DNA from: an uncultured Chloroflexia bacterium
GTDB taxonomy: Bacteria; Chloroflexota; Limnocylindria; Limnocylindrales; CSP1-4
Assembly: GCA_963727005.1 (NCBI GenBank)
Contig: CAVSEO010000005.1
Span: 412,923 to 476,922 of the forward strand
Reading direction: 5' to 3'
Length of the DNA stretch: 64,000 bases
The position numbers and the translations under genes were made by a program. Every line of letters begins with the position of its first letter. Positions within the stretch are counted from its first letter, which is position 1. Positions 1 through 10,281 of the stretch are shown one piece after another. The notes under the pieces were generated by a model. The model did not search any database. It worked only from the letters and a program-made list of their open reading frames with translations, and was not told the DNA's origin.

Positions 1-224
1 TCGTGCTCAGCTACCACTCGCTCGAAGACCGCATCGTCAAACGCTTCATCGCCGCCGAACAGCGGGGCTGCATCTGCCCGCCCGAGGTCCCGGTGTGCGT
101 CTGCGGCCACCAGCCGGCCCTTCGATCGCTGGGAAAGTCGCGCACCCCGAGCGCCGAGGAGATCCACGCCAATCCACGTTCGCGGAGCGCCCGTCTTCGG
201 GGCGCCGAGCGCGTAGCCGCCTAG
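1..224 (+). CDS. rsmH: 16S rRNA m4C1402 methyltransferase RsmH/MraW, 3' end (partial)
   Basis: [11 protein letters not shown] and [10 protein letters not shown] motifs; first gene position of a dcw cluster. Confidence 0.93.
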   Translation, partial: VLSYHSLEDRIVKRFIAAEQRGCICPPEVPVCVCGHQPALRSLGKSRTPSAEEIHANPRSRSARLRGAERVAA

Positions 225-248
225 ACCTGATCGAGAAAGGAGGAACCG

Positions 249-449
249 ATGAGCAAGCGACACCAGGCCAGCCGTCGCCGGACCTACGGCCGCCGCCAGC
301 ACGAGATGCACGAGCGGCCTGAGCGCCATGCCGGGCTCCTTGGGTGGCTTGATGATCTGGAGATCCCCGGCGTAGGCGATCGCTGGGACGTGAAGCCCTC
401 CGGCAATGTCGCGCCCGGTAATTGGCTGCAGCTCCGGGGCATCCACTGA
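249..449 (+). CDS. Small basic hypothetical protein (66 aa) between rsmH and ftsL
   Basis: Strong SD GAAAGGAGG upstream of ATG 249; stop overlaps next start (TGATG at 447-451). Confidence 0.65.
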   Translation: MSKRHQASRRRTYGRRQHEMHERPERHAGLLGWLDDLEIPGVGDRWDVKPSGNVAPGNWLQLRGIH

Positions 450-847
450 TGGCCGTCTATGAGGGCGCCCGCCCTCGCTCGATGTTCTTCCCGCACCGGC
501 GCCTGGAGGCCCCCCTCCTCCGGCCCCAGGCGCCGGCGTCTTCGCGGCGGCCGTCGCGCGTCTACTTCCGGCGAACGAGGCGGCATCCGCGCGTCTTCGG
601 GATGGCAATCGGTCTGATCGTGATCGCCTTCCTGCTGAGCTTCTTCTCGCTGGTCCAGACCGTTCGCGTCTCCGCGTCCGGATACGACATGGGCCAGTTG
701 AACGCCGATTACCAGGGGCTCCAGGTCCAGCGGCAGCAGGATCTCTCGGACATCGGCCGCCTGAACCGGGAATCGGCAATTCGGCGACAGGCGATCTCCG
801 GCGGTCTCACTCAGCTGCCCGCGCCGATCATCCTGCCTGCTCGCTGA
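449..847 (+). CDS. ftsL: FtsL-like cell division protein
   Basis: Basic cytoplasmic N-terminus, single TM (GMAIGLIVIAFLLSFFSLV), coiled-coil segment; position between rsmH and ftsI. Confidence 0.7.
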   Translation: MAVYEGARPRSMFFPHRRLEAPLLRPQAPASSRRPSRVYFRRTRRHPRVFGMAIGLIVIAFLLSFFSLVQTVRVSASGYDMGQLNADYQGLQVQRQQDLSDIGRLNRESAIRRQAISGGLTQLPAPIILPAR

Positions 848-859
848 GGAGCGGCACCA

Positions 860-2700
860 ATGCTCGGCCGAACGGACTCGCGAGGCCGCCTCCTGCTGCT
901 CTTCATCGTGCTGACCCTGCTGTCCGGTGGCATGGTCGCGCGCCTGGCCTACTGGCAGGTCAACCAGCGCGAGCAGCTGACCGCCATGGCCGGCGGGCCC
1001 TCCGCCGTGAAGCACTTCCTGCCGGCGAAGAGGGGCACCATCTACGACCGGACCGGGACGATCGTTCTGGCGGAGACGATCTACCGCTACCGCCTGATAG
1101 CCGACCTCCACGGCATGGACCCACTCGATCGTCAGCGCGAAACCGCGGCGCTGGTCGACTACCTGGACCTGACCGGGGATCCGGAGACGGCCTTGCGAAA
1201 GGCCATGACGGGCGATGGCTACTACGTCATCGTGGCCAACGAACGTCGACGCGGACGTGGCAAATGAGATCTCCCAGGGCCAGGCGGTCGGGGCGCTGGC
1301 CAGGATCACTCTCGAGCCGACGCCGGTGCGAGTCTATCCCCAGGCCGGAGGAGCCCCTCGCACGTCGCTCGCGGCTCAGGTGCTCGGTTTCGTCAACGCA
1401 TCGGGGGCCGGCCAGTACGGCCTGGAACAGCAGTACGACGCCGTGCTCGCGGGCAGGCCCGAGGTGGTCCAGATCGATCCCAATACGCCGGGGCCGGCCG
1501 GGACCACCGTCCTCGATCCCGGCACGCCCGGGCAGGACATCCGTACGACGATCGACGTCGGCCTCCAACTCCAGGTAGAGCAGGAGCTGTTCGCTACCTG
1601 GATCGCCGACAAGGCCAAGTCGGTGTCGGCGATCGTCATGGAGCCGAAGACCGGGGCGATCCTGGCGGAAGGGACGTACCCCTCATACGACGCGAACCTG
1701 TACGGACAGGTCGCCGCGCAGAACCCGTCGCTCTTCATGGATCCGATCATCAGCGAGGTCTACGAGCCGGGCTCCGTCTTCAAGATGCTGACCGCGTCCG
1801 CGGCCCTGGAGACCAAGACAACGGCTCTGACGACCAAGATCAACGACTCCGGCGTGATGAAGCTGCCGGGCAACCAGGAGGTTGCCGATGCCGACCGCAA
1901 GTCGATGGGTTGGATGACCTTCGCCGACGTAGTCGCCTGGTCCCGCAACGTCGGCGCCTCGCAGGTTGCCTTCCGGCTCGGCAAGACCATCGACTCGGCC
2001 TCGGCGACGCTCTACAAGACCTGGCAGGAGTACGGCATCGGCCAGAAGACGGGCGTGGATCTTGCCGGTGAGGTCGCCGGCATCGTACGAGACCCTGCCG
2101 TCAGCCCATGGAGCCAGATAGACCTCGCCAACGCGTCGTTCGGCCAGGGCGTGGCGGTCACGCCGATGCAGATGATCTGCGCCTACTCCGCGATGGCGAA
2201 CGGCGGCACTTCAGTCAAGCCGCACGTGGCGGAACGGGACGCCGCACAGGCCAGCCGCGTCGCCAAGCGAGGCCCCGCCACCCCGGATCATCAGTCCAAC
2301 TCTCTCGGACTCCCTGACCGGGCTGATGACCCACGTCGTCACCGCGGTGCCGTCCTACGCGCAATCCACCTACATCCCGGGTTACTTCGTAGGCGGCAAG
2401 ACGGGCACGGCTCAGATCTGGGATCCCACCCTCGACAAGGGCAAGGGCGGCTGGCTAAGCGACATCTACAACTACAGCTTCTACGGCTGGGTCGGCCACA
2501 GCTCGCCGGACGTGACCATCGGCCTGGTCATCTACCAGGGCACTCCGACGAAGGTCAGCCAGGGGGTGCTGGCCATGCCGGTGCAGTCCACGGAGCTGTT
2601 CCGGCGGATCGCGACCGACGCTGTGACAACGCTTCAGATCCCGGCCAACAAGAACGGCCCGGCGGCCCCAGGTGGAAAGAAAGCCAAGTCGCTGGGCTGA
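860..2700 (+). CDS. ftsI: Class B penicillin-binding protein FtsI, frameshifted near 1250 and 2230-2320
   Basis: N-terminal TM, RGTIYDR, YEPGSVFK (SxxK), WSRNVG (SxN) and GGKTGTAQ (KTG) motifs spread over three ORF pieces. Confidence 0.9.
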
Positions 2701-2747
2701 TGGCGGAGGCCAGTAACGTGAGCTGCCGGCTGTGCGACACTGGGAGC

Positions 2748-4244
2748 GTGACCGAGACCCGACCCCGCGCGTCGCAGCCCGGCCTGGGATCGCCCGCCCT
2801 GACCGCCGCCGAGATCGCCGCAGCCACCGGCGGAAGACTGGTCCGTTCGTCGGGCAGGTCCGTCCGCGGCGCAGCCGTCGACTCCCGCGCCGTAGCGCCC
2901 GGCAACCTCTTCGTCGCCCTGCCCGGCGAGAAGACCGACGGCCACCGCTTCCTGGGCGAAGCGATGGCGGCGGGTGCGGCCGCTCTACTGGTGCGGGAGG
3001 CCGACTGGTCTGCAGGTTCCGCGGTAGCCCTGGCGGCCGCCGACGCGTCGGACGTGGCGATCGTGGCGGTTGCGGACACCCTCTCCGGACTCCACGCCGT
3101 GGCCCGGGCCTGGCGTGGCCGATTCTCGCCGCTGGTCGTGGGCGTGACCGGCAGCATCGCCAAGACCTCGACGAAGGAGGCGGTAGCCACGGTGCTGGCC
3201 GAGCGGTACGCCACTCTCAAGAGCCAGGGCAACGCCAACAACGAGATCGGATTGCCCCTGACCGTGCTGCGGATGGGCCCCGAGCACGAAGCCGCCGTCC
3301 TCGAGATGGGGATGTACGTGGGCGGAGAGATCGCCCAGCTGGCGGCCATCGCTCGGCCGCGGATCGGGGTTGTGACCGCCGTTCGCGAGGTCCACCTCGC
3401 GCGCATCGGCGGCATCGACGACATCGAGCGGGCCAAGGCGGAGCTCGTCGAGGCACTGCCCGCCGACGGCACGGCGATTCTCAACGCCGACGATCCCCGG
3501 GTGCTGCGGATGCGAGCTCGGACCGCGGCAGCGGTCATGACCTACGGCTTCTCCCCGCAGGCGGATGTGCGGGCAGAGGAAGTGGTTTCGGCCGGCCTGG
3601 ACGGAATGAGCTTCAGGCTCGTCGCACCCGGCGGCACGGTCATGGCATCGACGCCGGCCCTCGGCCGCCACGGCGTACACAACGGGCTGGCGGCGGCGGC
3701 CGTCGGAGTGGCGGCCGGGCTCGACCTGGACCGAATAGCGGCCGGCCTGCGCCGGGGCTGGGAGGCGGAGCATCGAGACCAGATCGTCAGGATCGCCGGC
3801 CTGACGGTGCTTGACGACACGTACAATGCCTCGCCGGCCTCGATGCTCGCGGCGCTGGAGCTGCTCGCTACGCTGCCGGGCCGCCACGTGGCGGTCCTCG
3901 GGGAGATGCTGGAACTCGGCGACTCCCACGAGCGCGGCCACCGAGACGTCGGTGCCGCGGCGGCCGGAGTCGTTGAAGAACTCGTCGTGGTCGGCCCCGG
4001 TGCGGCCGGGATCGCCGCCGGAGCGGCGAGACTCGGGGACGGGGTCGTCCTCGTGCCGGACTGCGAGGCCGCGCTGGCGGTGCTGCGGGAACGGCTCCGC
4101 CCGGGAGACTCGGTGCTGGTCAAGGCCTCGCGGGGCGCCGCGCTGGAACGGCTGGTGGGCTCTCTGGAAGCGAGTTTCGGGGGTTGGACCAGGGACGCGG
4201 GGGCGCTGGGAGGAGCGCACCCGAAGGTCGAGGAGGTCAGGTGA
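2748..4244 (+). CDS. murF: UDP-MurNAc-tripeptide--D-Ala-D-Ala ligase (start GTG 2748, or ATG 2700)
   Basis: VGVTGSIAKTSTKE, NNEIGLPLT, VLEMGM, DDTYNASP, GEMLELG and VKASRG motifs. Confidence 0.93.
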   Translation: MTETRPRASQPGLGSPALTAAEIAAATGGRLVRSSGRSVRGAAVDSRAVAPGNLFVALPGEKTDGHRFLGEAMAAGAAALLVREADWSAGSAVALAAADASDVAIVAVADTLSGLHAVARAWRGRFSPLVVGVTGSIAKTSTKEAVATVLAERYATLKSQGNANNEIGLPLTVLRMGPEHEAAVLEMGMYVGGEIAQLAAIARPRIGVVTAVREVHLARIGGIDDIERAKAELVEALPADGTAILNADDPRVLRMRARTAAAVMTYGFSPQADVRAEEVVSAGLDGMSFRLVAPGGTVMASTPALGRHGVHNGLAAAAVGVAAGLDLDRIAAGLRRGWEAEHRDQIVRIAGLTVLDDTYNASPASMLAALELLATLPGRHVAVLGEMLELGDSHERGHRDVGAAAAGVVEELVVVGPGAAGIAAGAARLGDGVVLVPDCEAALAVLRERLRPGDSVLVKASRGAALERLVGSLEASFGGWTRDAGALGGAHPKVEEVR

Positions 4245-5263
4245 AAGAGCACGGCGTCGAGCTGATCCAGGGGTTGCTTCTGGCTTTCGCCTGCATGGTC
4301 ATCCTGATGCCGCCGTACCTGCGCCTTCTGCGCTGGCTGGGGATGGGCAAGCAGATCCGCGAAGAAGGCCCTGGCAGCCACCTCGTGAAGCAGGGGACGC
4401 CGACGATGGGCGGCGTCCTGATCGTGATCGTCGTCCTGGGCCTGGCCGGGGTCTTCGGCGCCCTCGACGCCTCTACCTACTCGCCCCTCTTCGTGCTTGC
4501 GGTCATCGGGGCGCTCGGTGCCATCGACGACTTCCTGAACGCCCGCACCGGCATCGGGATCCGGGGACGCCACAAGCTGATCTGGCAGCTGGTGGTCGCG
4601 ATCATCGTCGCGGTCTACGTCCAGAACCACTTCGGTTTCAACGGCCTCCGAGTCCCATTCCTCGGCGATCGCGAGTTCACCTCGACGATCCTTCTTCCCC
4701 TGGTCAACAGGGACATCGAGCTGGGCGCGATCATCTTCATCCTCGTGGCCGTGGTCGCCATCGTCGGCGCCAGCAACGGGGTGAACTTGACGGACGGCCT
4801 CGATGGGTTGGCCGGCGGGACCCTCGTCTTCGCCTTCATCAGCTTCCTGATCATCGCCCTGCTCAACGAGCCCTTCCAGGAGAACCTGGCAGTCGTAAAC
4901 GCCATCGTCATCGGCACGATCCTGGGATTCCTGTGGTTCAACGTCCATCCGGCCCAGGTGTTCATGGGCGACTCCGGCGCCCTTTCGCTCGGGGGGATGC
5001 TTGCGGTCGTCGCCCTCATCACCGGCCAGGTCCTGATCCTGCCGCTGATCGGAATCATCTTCGTCCTGGAGGTCGCCTCCGACATCATCCAGGTGGCGAG
5101 CTACAAGCTCCGAGGCAAGCGCGTGTTCCGCATGGCCCCGCTCCATCATCACTTCGAGCTGGGCGGCTGGGACGAAGAGAAGATCACGATGCGCTTCTGG
5201 ATCGTCGGGGCCCTGGCCGGCATGCTCGGGGTGACGCTCTTCGTCGCCTCGATTCCGAAGTAG
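4241..5263 (+). CDS. mraY: Phospho-MurNAc-pentapeptide transferase
   Basis: KQGTPTMGG, SNGVNLTDGLDGL, VFMGDSG and FRMAPLHHHFEL motifs; SD GAGGAGG before GTG 4241. Confidence 0.96.
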   Translation: MKEHGVELIQGLLLAFACMVILMPPYLRLLRWLGMGKQIREEGPGSHLVKQGTPTMGGVLIVIVVLGLAGVFGALDASTYSPLFVLAVIGALGAIDDFLNARTGIGIRGRHKLIWQLVVAIIVAVYVQNHFGFNGLRVPFLGDREFTSTILLPLVNRDIELGAIIFILVAVVAIVGASNGVNLTDGLDGLAGGTLVFAFISFLIIALLNEPFQENLAVVNAIVIGTILGFLWFNVHPAQVFMGDSGALSLGGMLAVVALITGQVLILPLIGIIFVLEVASDIIQVASYKLRGKRVFRMAPLHHHFELGGWDEEKITMRFWIVGALAGMLGVTLFVASIPK

Positions 5264-5270
5264 GCGGACG

Positions 5271-6833
5271 ATGACCGCTTCTGTCGTCGATCTGGACCGG
5301 CTCACCGCGGCCGGCGTCCGCGACGGCTCTCCTGGCCGGCCGGCCGGTGACGGTGCTCGGGCTGGCCCGGAGCGGGATCGCCCTGGCCCGCTTCTTCGCC
5401 GACGCCGGCTGTCGCGTCACGGTCTACGACCGAAGGACGCCCCTGGAGCTGGCTCCCGCGATCGAAGCGCTCGGCGGGCGAGCCGTCGCACTCGCGCTCG
5501 GACCCGACGTCGACCCGGCTGCGACGTGGGCCGGCGCGCACCTGATCGCCACTTCGCCCAGCATCAATCCCGACTTCCCGACCACCGAGCCCGGCCTTCG
5601 CCGTGCACTTCGAGCGGTCGTGGAAGCTCACCGGCTCGACCCCGGCGGCGCCCCTGCCCTGGTCAGCGAGGTGGACCTGGTGCTGCGGATGTGCCCGTGC
5701 CCGACCATCGGGGTGACTGGGACAAAGGGCAAGACCACGACCTCGGCTCTGACCGCGGCGCTGCTGGCCGGAGATCCGGTCCACCCGGCCGTGCTGGGTG
5801 GGAATATCGGCATCCCGCTGGTGGAACGCCTCGCCGAGCTGACGCCCGCGCATCGCGTCGTCATCGAACTCTCCGAGCTGCAGCTGCCGACTCTGTCCAG
5901 GGGCACCACGGTCGCGGTGTACACGAACGTCACGTCCGACCATCTCGATCGCCATGGCTCGCTGGAGGCATACCGAGCGGTCAAGCGGCGCCTGGCCGAG
6001 CTGGTGGATGGGGGCGGCGCGCTGGTCATCAACGCCGACGACCCGGTCGTCGCCGGATACGCCTCTCTCGGAACCGCGACGGTAGTGAGCTACCGCCTCG
6101 ATCGGCCGGCACCTGGCGGAATCGGCGTGGAGGATGGCTGGATCGTGGCCCAGGGAGTGGGGCGCCTGGCCGCCGCGGGTGGAGGAACGGCTGAGGTCGG
6201 GCCTCGCGGTCGGATACTCCCGATCGACGAACTGGCCATCCCCGGCCGGCACAACGTCTCCAATGCGATGGCCGCGGTGGCCGTCGCCTTGCTCTTCGGA
6301 GTGGCCCCGGCCGCCATCCGCAGCGCGGCCGCCGGGTTCACCGGAGTCGAGCATCGCCTTGAAACGGTGGCGACCCTGGACGGCGTCCGGTTCGTCAATG
6401 ATTCCATGGGCACCCAGCCGGATGCCGTGATCGCGGCGCTGCGAGCCTTCCCACGTCCGCTCGTCCTCATCGCGGGAGGCCGGGACAAGGGCGTGGACCT
6501 CGCCGGGCTCGGACCCGTCGCGGCGGCACGCGCCGACGCCGCCGTTCTGATCGGAGAGTCGGGGCCCGTGCTGGCGGAGATGTTCCGGGCAACGGCATGA
6601 CCCGCGTGGAGGTGGCTCCGAGTCTCGAGGACGCGGTCGTCCGCGGAGACGCGATCGCCCGGGGCCTGCTCGACGCTGCCGGCGCCGGTGCGTCCGGACC
6701 GGCAACGGTTCTGCTCAGCCCGGCCGCCGCCAGCTTCGACATGTTCGTGGACTACGCCGCCCGAGGCCAGGCCTTCAAGGCGGCGGTCGCGGAGCTGGTA
6801 GCCAGGCGGCGAGCGGTGGGGACCTCCCGATGA
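5271..6833 (+). CDS. murD: UDP-MurNAc-L-Ala--D-Glu ligase, frameshifted near 5335 and 6597
   Basis: VLGLARSG, GVTGTKGKTTT, GGNIG, ELSELQL, HRLE, VNDS and LLSPAAASFDMF motifs. Confidence 0.92.
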
Positions 6834-8140
6834 ACCGCCGGAACGACCGCTGGAACCTGCCCGATGAGCCGACGCGGCGGGAACGAGTCAAGCGCGACTC
6901 CGGTCCGAGCCCGGTCAGCCACCAGCCCAGCGGCCTGGCCGATCCGGGCGTCCTGAAGCGCGAGGCCCACGAGCCCGACTACATCATCCTGGTCGCGGTC
7001 GTGGCGCTTTCGGCGATCGGAATCCTGATGGTCTATTCGGCCTCCGCGATTCCGTCCTACGCACAGAGCCAGAACACCTTCCAGCTCGTCGCGCCCCAGG
7101 TCGTCGCGGGAGTGCTGGGGCTTGTCGCGATGGTCTTCTTCATGCGCCTCGACTACCGCTACCTCCGAGTGGCGAGCCGGCCGCTGGCGCTCGTCGCCCT
7201 GGTTCTGCTGGCGATCGTGCTTCTGCCCCAGATCGGCATCCTGCACAACGGGTCGCACCGCCGGATCCAGCTGGGGCCGCTGCCGGACCTGCACGTCGCC
7301 GAAGTGGCCAAGCTGGCCCTGGTCGTCTACCTCTCGCACTGGCTGGCGACGCGAGGGTCGCGCATTCGCAGCTTCCTCCTCGGCACCGTGCCGTTCGTGA
7401 TAATCGTCGCCCCGTTCCTGTTCCTCGTGGTTCGCGAACCGGACCTGGGGACGGCCAGCGTGCTGGCGCTGATCGCGTTCTCGCTCTTCTTCGTCGCGGG
7501 CGCGAACCTCTTCCATCTGATCCTGGCAGGAGCCGGCGGCGTCACCGGCGGGTTGTTCCTGATGCTGGCCATCGGCGACTACCCGTTGCAGCGGATCCAG
7601 ACCCTTCTCGATCCGTGGGCGGATCCCCTGGGCGCGGGCCACCAGACCATCAAGGGCCTCGAGGCGATCAGCGCCGGCGGCCTCTTCGGCACGGGCCTGG
7701 GCAACGACCGCATCTTCGTGCCGAACGACGCCAACGACTTCATCTTCTCGGTCATCGCCCAGGAGCTCGGGCTGGTGGGCGGTGCCGTCGTCATCGGTCT
7801 CTTCGTCGTCCTGACGTACGCCGGGATTCGAACGGCCATCCGAGCGCCCGACACGTTCGGCGGCTTGATGGCGGCCGGGATCACCTCCTGGATATGCTTC
7901 CAGGCACTCATCAACATCGGTGTCGTGGTGGCGGTCGTCCCGGTTACCGGCATCACCCTTCCCTTCGTCTCGGCGGGCGGCTCTTCTCTGACCGTGAGCC
8001 TGGCCGCCGTCGGAATCCTCTTGTCGATATCTCGAGAAACGGTGGAACGAGGTTGGATCAGTGCGTCTGCTGATAGTGGGCGGGGGTACGGGGGGACATA
8101 TATACCCGGCTCTCGCCGTCGCACGATCGCTGCAGGCTAG
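6830..8140 (+). CDS. ftsW: SEDS family peptidoglycan polymerase FtsW
   Basis: Multi-TM protein with EPDLGT, NDFIFSVIAQELG and GITLPFVSAGGSS; between murD and murG. Confidence 0.92.
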   Translation: MNRRNDRWNLPDEPTRRERVKRDSGPSPVSHQPSGLADPGVLKREAHEPDYIILVAVVALSAIGILMVYSASAIPSYAQSQNTFQLVAPQVVAGVLGLVAMVFFMRLDYRYLRVASRPLALVALVLLAIVLLPQIGILHNGSHRRIQLGPLPDLHVAEVAKLALVVYLSHWLATRGSRIRSFLLGTVPFVIIVAPFLFLVVREPDLGTASVLALIAFSLFFVAGANLFHLILAGAGGVTGGLFLMLAIGDYPLQRIQTLLDPWADPLGAGHQTIKGLEAISAGGLFGTGLGNDRIFVPNDANDFIFSVIAQELGLVGGAVVIGLFVVLTYAGIRTAIRAPDTFGGLMAAGITSWICFQALINIGVVVAVVPVTGITLPFVSAGGSSLTVSLAAVGILLSISRETVERGWISASADSGRGYGGTYIPGSRRRTIAAG

Positions 8141-9212
8141 GCCGGTCGCGCCCGAGCTGCGCTGGGTCGGAGGCCACCGAGGTCTCGAGGCGCAGGTCGT
8201 CCCGGGGACGGGCATTCCGCTCCGGCGGCTGTTGCTGCGCTCGCTCCGGACTGTCGGGATGGATGGCCACGTCCTCCTCGATCCAGTTCGCCTGTCGTTG
8301 TCGGTCCCCCAGGCCCTGGCGATCCTGATCCGGTTCCGGCCCGACGCGATCTTCACGACAGGCGGATATGTGGCTCTGCCCGTGCTGCTGGCCGCGTCGA
8401 CGCTTCGCATACCCGTGGTCATGTGGGACGGCAACGTAGTCCCGGGTCGAAGCGTTCGCGTCACTGCCAGGCTGGCCGGGTGTCTGGCGGTGTCATTCGA
8501 GGGAACGTGCCGCACTCTCGGCCGGAACCGACCGTGCTTCGTCACGGGGACGCCCATCCGAGAAGCGCTGGGCGTCGATCGGCAAGATGCGAGGGCGGCT
8601 CTCGGGATCCCGGATGCCGACGGGCTGCTTCTGATCTTCGGCGGGTCCCAGGAGGTCCGGCGCTTCAACGAGGCGGTCGCGGAGGCCTTGCCGCGATTGA
8701 TCGAACGAGTCCGGGTCATCCACATCACGGGCGAGGGCGGGTACGAGCAGGCGGCTGCCGGTCGAGACGCCCTGCCGCCCGACTTGCGGGTTCGCTACCG
8801 CCCCGAGAAGTACCTCGATGAAGAGATGACCGTGGTTCTCGGCGCGGCCGACATGGTCGTGGGCCGGGCGGGCTCCTCGACGCTGGCCGAAGTCGCCGCC
8901 TTTGGACTGCCGATGGTGGTCGTGCCATATCCCCATGCCGCCGGTCACCAGCGCCGCAACGCCGAGGAGATGGTCGCTGCCGGTGCGGCCCGCCTGATCG
9001 AGGACGGAGACTTCGACGCCGAGGCTCTGCTTGCGGCCGCAGCCATCCTCGACGATTCCGGCGAGCGGGCCTCGATGGCGGCGGCAGCCAGATCGCTGGC
9101 GAGGCCCGGAGCCGCGGCCGCGGTGGCTGAGCTGGTTCTGGCCGCCGCGGAGAGGCGGGCCCTGCCGGAGGCCGCCCGGATAGAAGCCCTCTCGCGGGGA
9201 GTGGCTGTATGA
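8061..9212 (+). CDS. murG: Lipid II GlcNAc transferase
   Basis: GGGTGGHIYPALA, FGGSQ, GRAGSST and HQRRNA motifs. Confidence 0.95.
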   Translation: MRLLIVGGGTGGHIYPALAVARSLQARPVAPELRWVGGHRGLEAQVVPGTGIPLRRLLLRSLRTVGMDGHVLLDPVRLSLSVPQALAILIRFRPDAIFTTGGYVALPVLLAASTLRIPVVMWDGNVVPGRSVRVTARLAGCLAVSFEGTCRTLGRNRPCFVTGTPIREALGVDRQDARAALGIPDADGLLLIFGGSQEVRRFNEAVAEALPRLIERVRVIHITGEGGYEQAAAGRDALPPDLRVRYRPEKYLDEEMTVVLGAADMVVGRAGSSTLAEVAAFGLPMVVVPYPHAAGHQRRNAEEMVAAGAARLIEDGDFDAEALLAAAAILDDSGERASMAAAARSLARPGAAAAVAELVLAAAERRALPEAARIEALSRGVAV

Positions 9213-10261
9213 GTCGCCCCGGCGGCACGACGGCCGCGTCGCCCTGGGGCGCCCTTGCCGCCGAGATCCGGGGTCTGGCCGGGGTCAGCGCCCGCCCGGA
9301 CGCGCCGATGGCCCCGCACACGACGATGCGCGTCGGCGGTCCGGCGGATCTGCTGGCCGTGGTCAGTGAGCGTGCCTCCCTGGTGGAGCTGGTCCTGCTC
9401 GCCCGTAGCAGGGGGATTCCGCACGTGGTCATCGGCCGTGGCAGCGATCTGCTGGTCAGCGACGCCGGTATTCGAGGGCTGGTCATCCTGTGCCGCACCG
9501 AAGGCTGGCGGTTCGAGGATCGACGCCTCGTCGCGGAAGCGGGCCTGCCCATGGCCAGGGCGGCCACGGTCGCGCAGCAGGCGGGCCTGTCGGGCCTGGA
9601 ATTCGGGCTGGCCATTCCGGGGACGGTCGGCGGGGCCGTCTGGGCCAACGCCGGCGCCCACGGCTCCGACGTGGCGGCGATCCTCGAGTCGGTGGCCGTC
9701 CTGGGGGCGAACGGCGAGGAGATCGTCGAGGCGGCCTCCGCACTTCGGCTGGCATATCGAGACAGCCGGTTCAAACGTCGAGCAGGGGAGGGGAGTGGCG
9801 AGGGTTCCGAGGCGACCTCGGCCGGTTCCACGGCCGGCGCCACGGCCGGCGCCACGGCCGGCGCCACGGCCGGGCAGGAGCTGATCCTCGAAGCGACATT
9901 TGGCCTGAGCCCCGCGGCTCCCGCCGAGATCCGGGCCCGGCTCGATGAGATCCGCCGCTGGCGGCGGGAGCATCAGCCTCTGGACCTGCCAAGCGCCGGC
10001 AGCGTCTTCCGCAATCCCGAGGGGGACTCCGCCGGCCGCCTGATCGACGCCTGCGGCCTCAAGGGGACGCGCCTGGGCGGGGCCGCGATCAGCGAGACTC
10101 ACGCCAACTTCATAGTCAACGCGGGTGGAGCATCCGCATCCGACATCCGCCGCCTGGCGGAGCGAGCGCGGGGCGCCGTCGCGCGGCGTTTCGGCATCGA
10201 TCTCGTGTACGAGGTTCAGTTCATCGGCGATTGGTCAGACTGGCACGCGGAGGTGGCATGA
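9209..10261 (+). CDS. murB: UDP-N-acetylenolpyruvylglucosamine reductase with low-complexity loop insertion
   Basis: TMRVGGPAD, IGRGSDLL, IPGTVGGAVWANAGA, SAGSVFRNP and HANFIVN motifs. Confidence 0.94.
   Translation: MSRPGGTTAASPWGALAAEIRGLAGVSARPDAPMAPHTTMRVGGPADLLAVVSERASLVELVLLARSRGIPHVVIGRGSDLLVSDAGIRGLVILCRTEGWRFEDRRLVAEAGLPMARAATVAQQAGLSGLEFGLAIPGTVGGAVWANAGAHGSDVAAILESVAVLGANGEEIVEAASALRLAYRDSRFKRRAGEGSGEGSEATSAGSTAGATAGATAGATAGQELILEATFGLSPAAPAEIRARLDEIRRWRREHQPLDLPSAGSVFRNPEGDSAGRLIDACGLKGTRLGGAAISETHANFIVNAGGASASDIRRLAERARGAVARRFGIDLVYEVQFIGDWSDWHAEVA
9828..9873 (+). repeat. 12-bp in-frame tandem repeat (CCACGGCCGGCG x ~3.8) inside murB
   Basis: Directly readable; encodes TAGATAGATAGATAG. 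Confidence 0.9.
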
Positions 10262-10281
10262 GGAGCGGTACTGGTTCGGAG

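Noticed and set aside
1215-4244. Apparent 1009-aa FtsI-MurF fusion ORF
   Set aside because: Produced by a frameshift in ftsI; the true FtsI C-terminus (KTG motif) lies in ORF 2326-2700 with its own stop.
8061-8140. 80-nt ftsW/murG overlap
   Set aside because: The FtsW tail is just the off-frame reading of the murG 5' end; such overlaps occur in dcw operons and an indel cannot be excluded.
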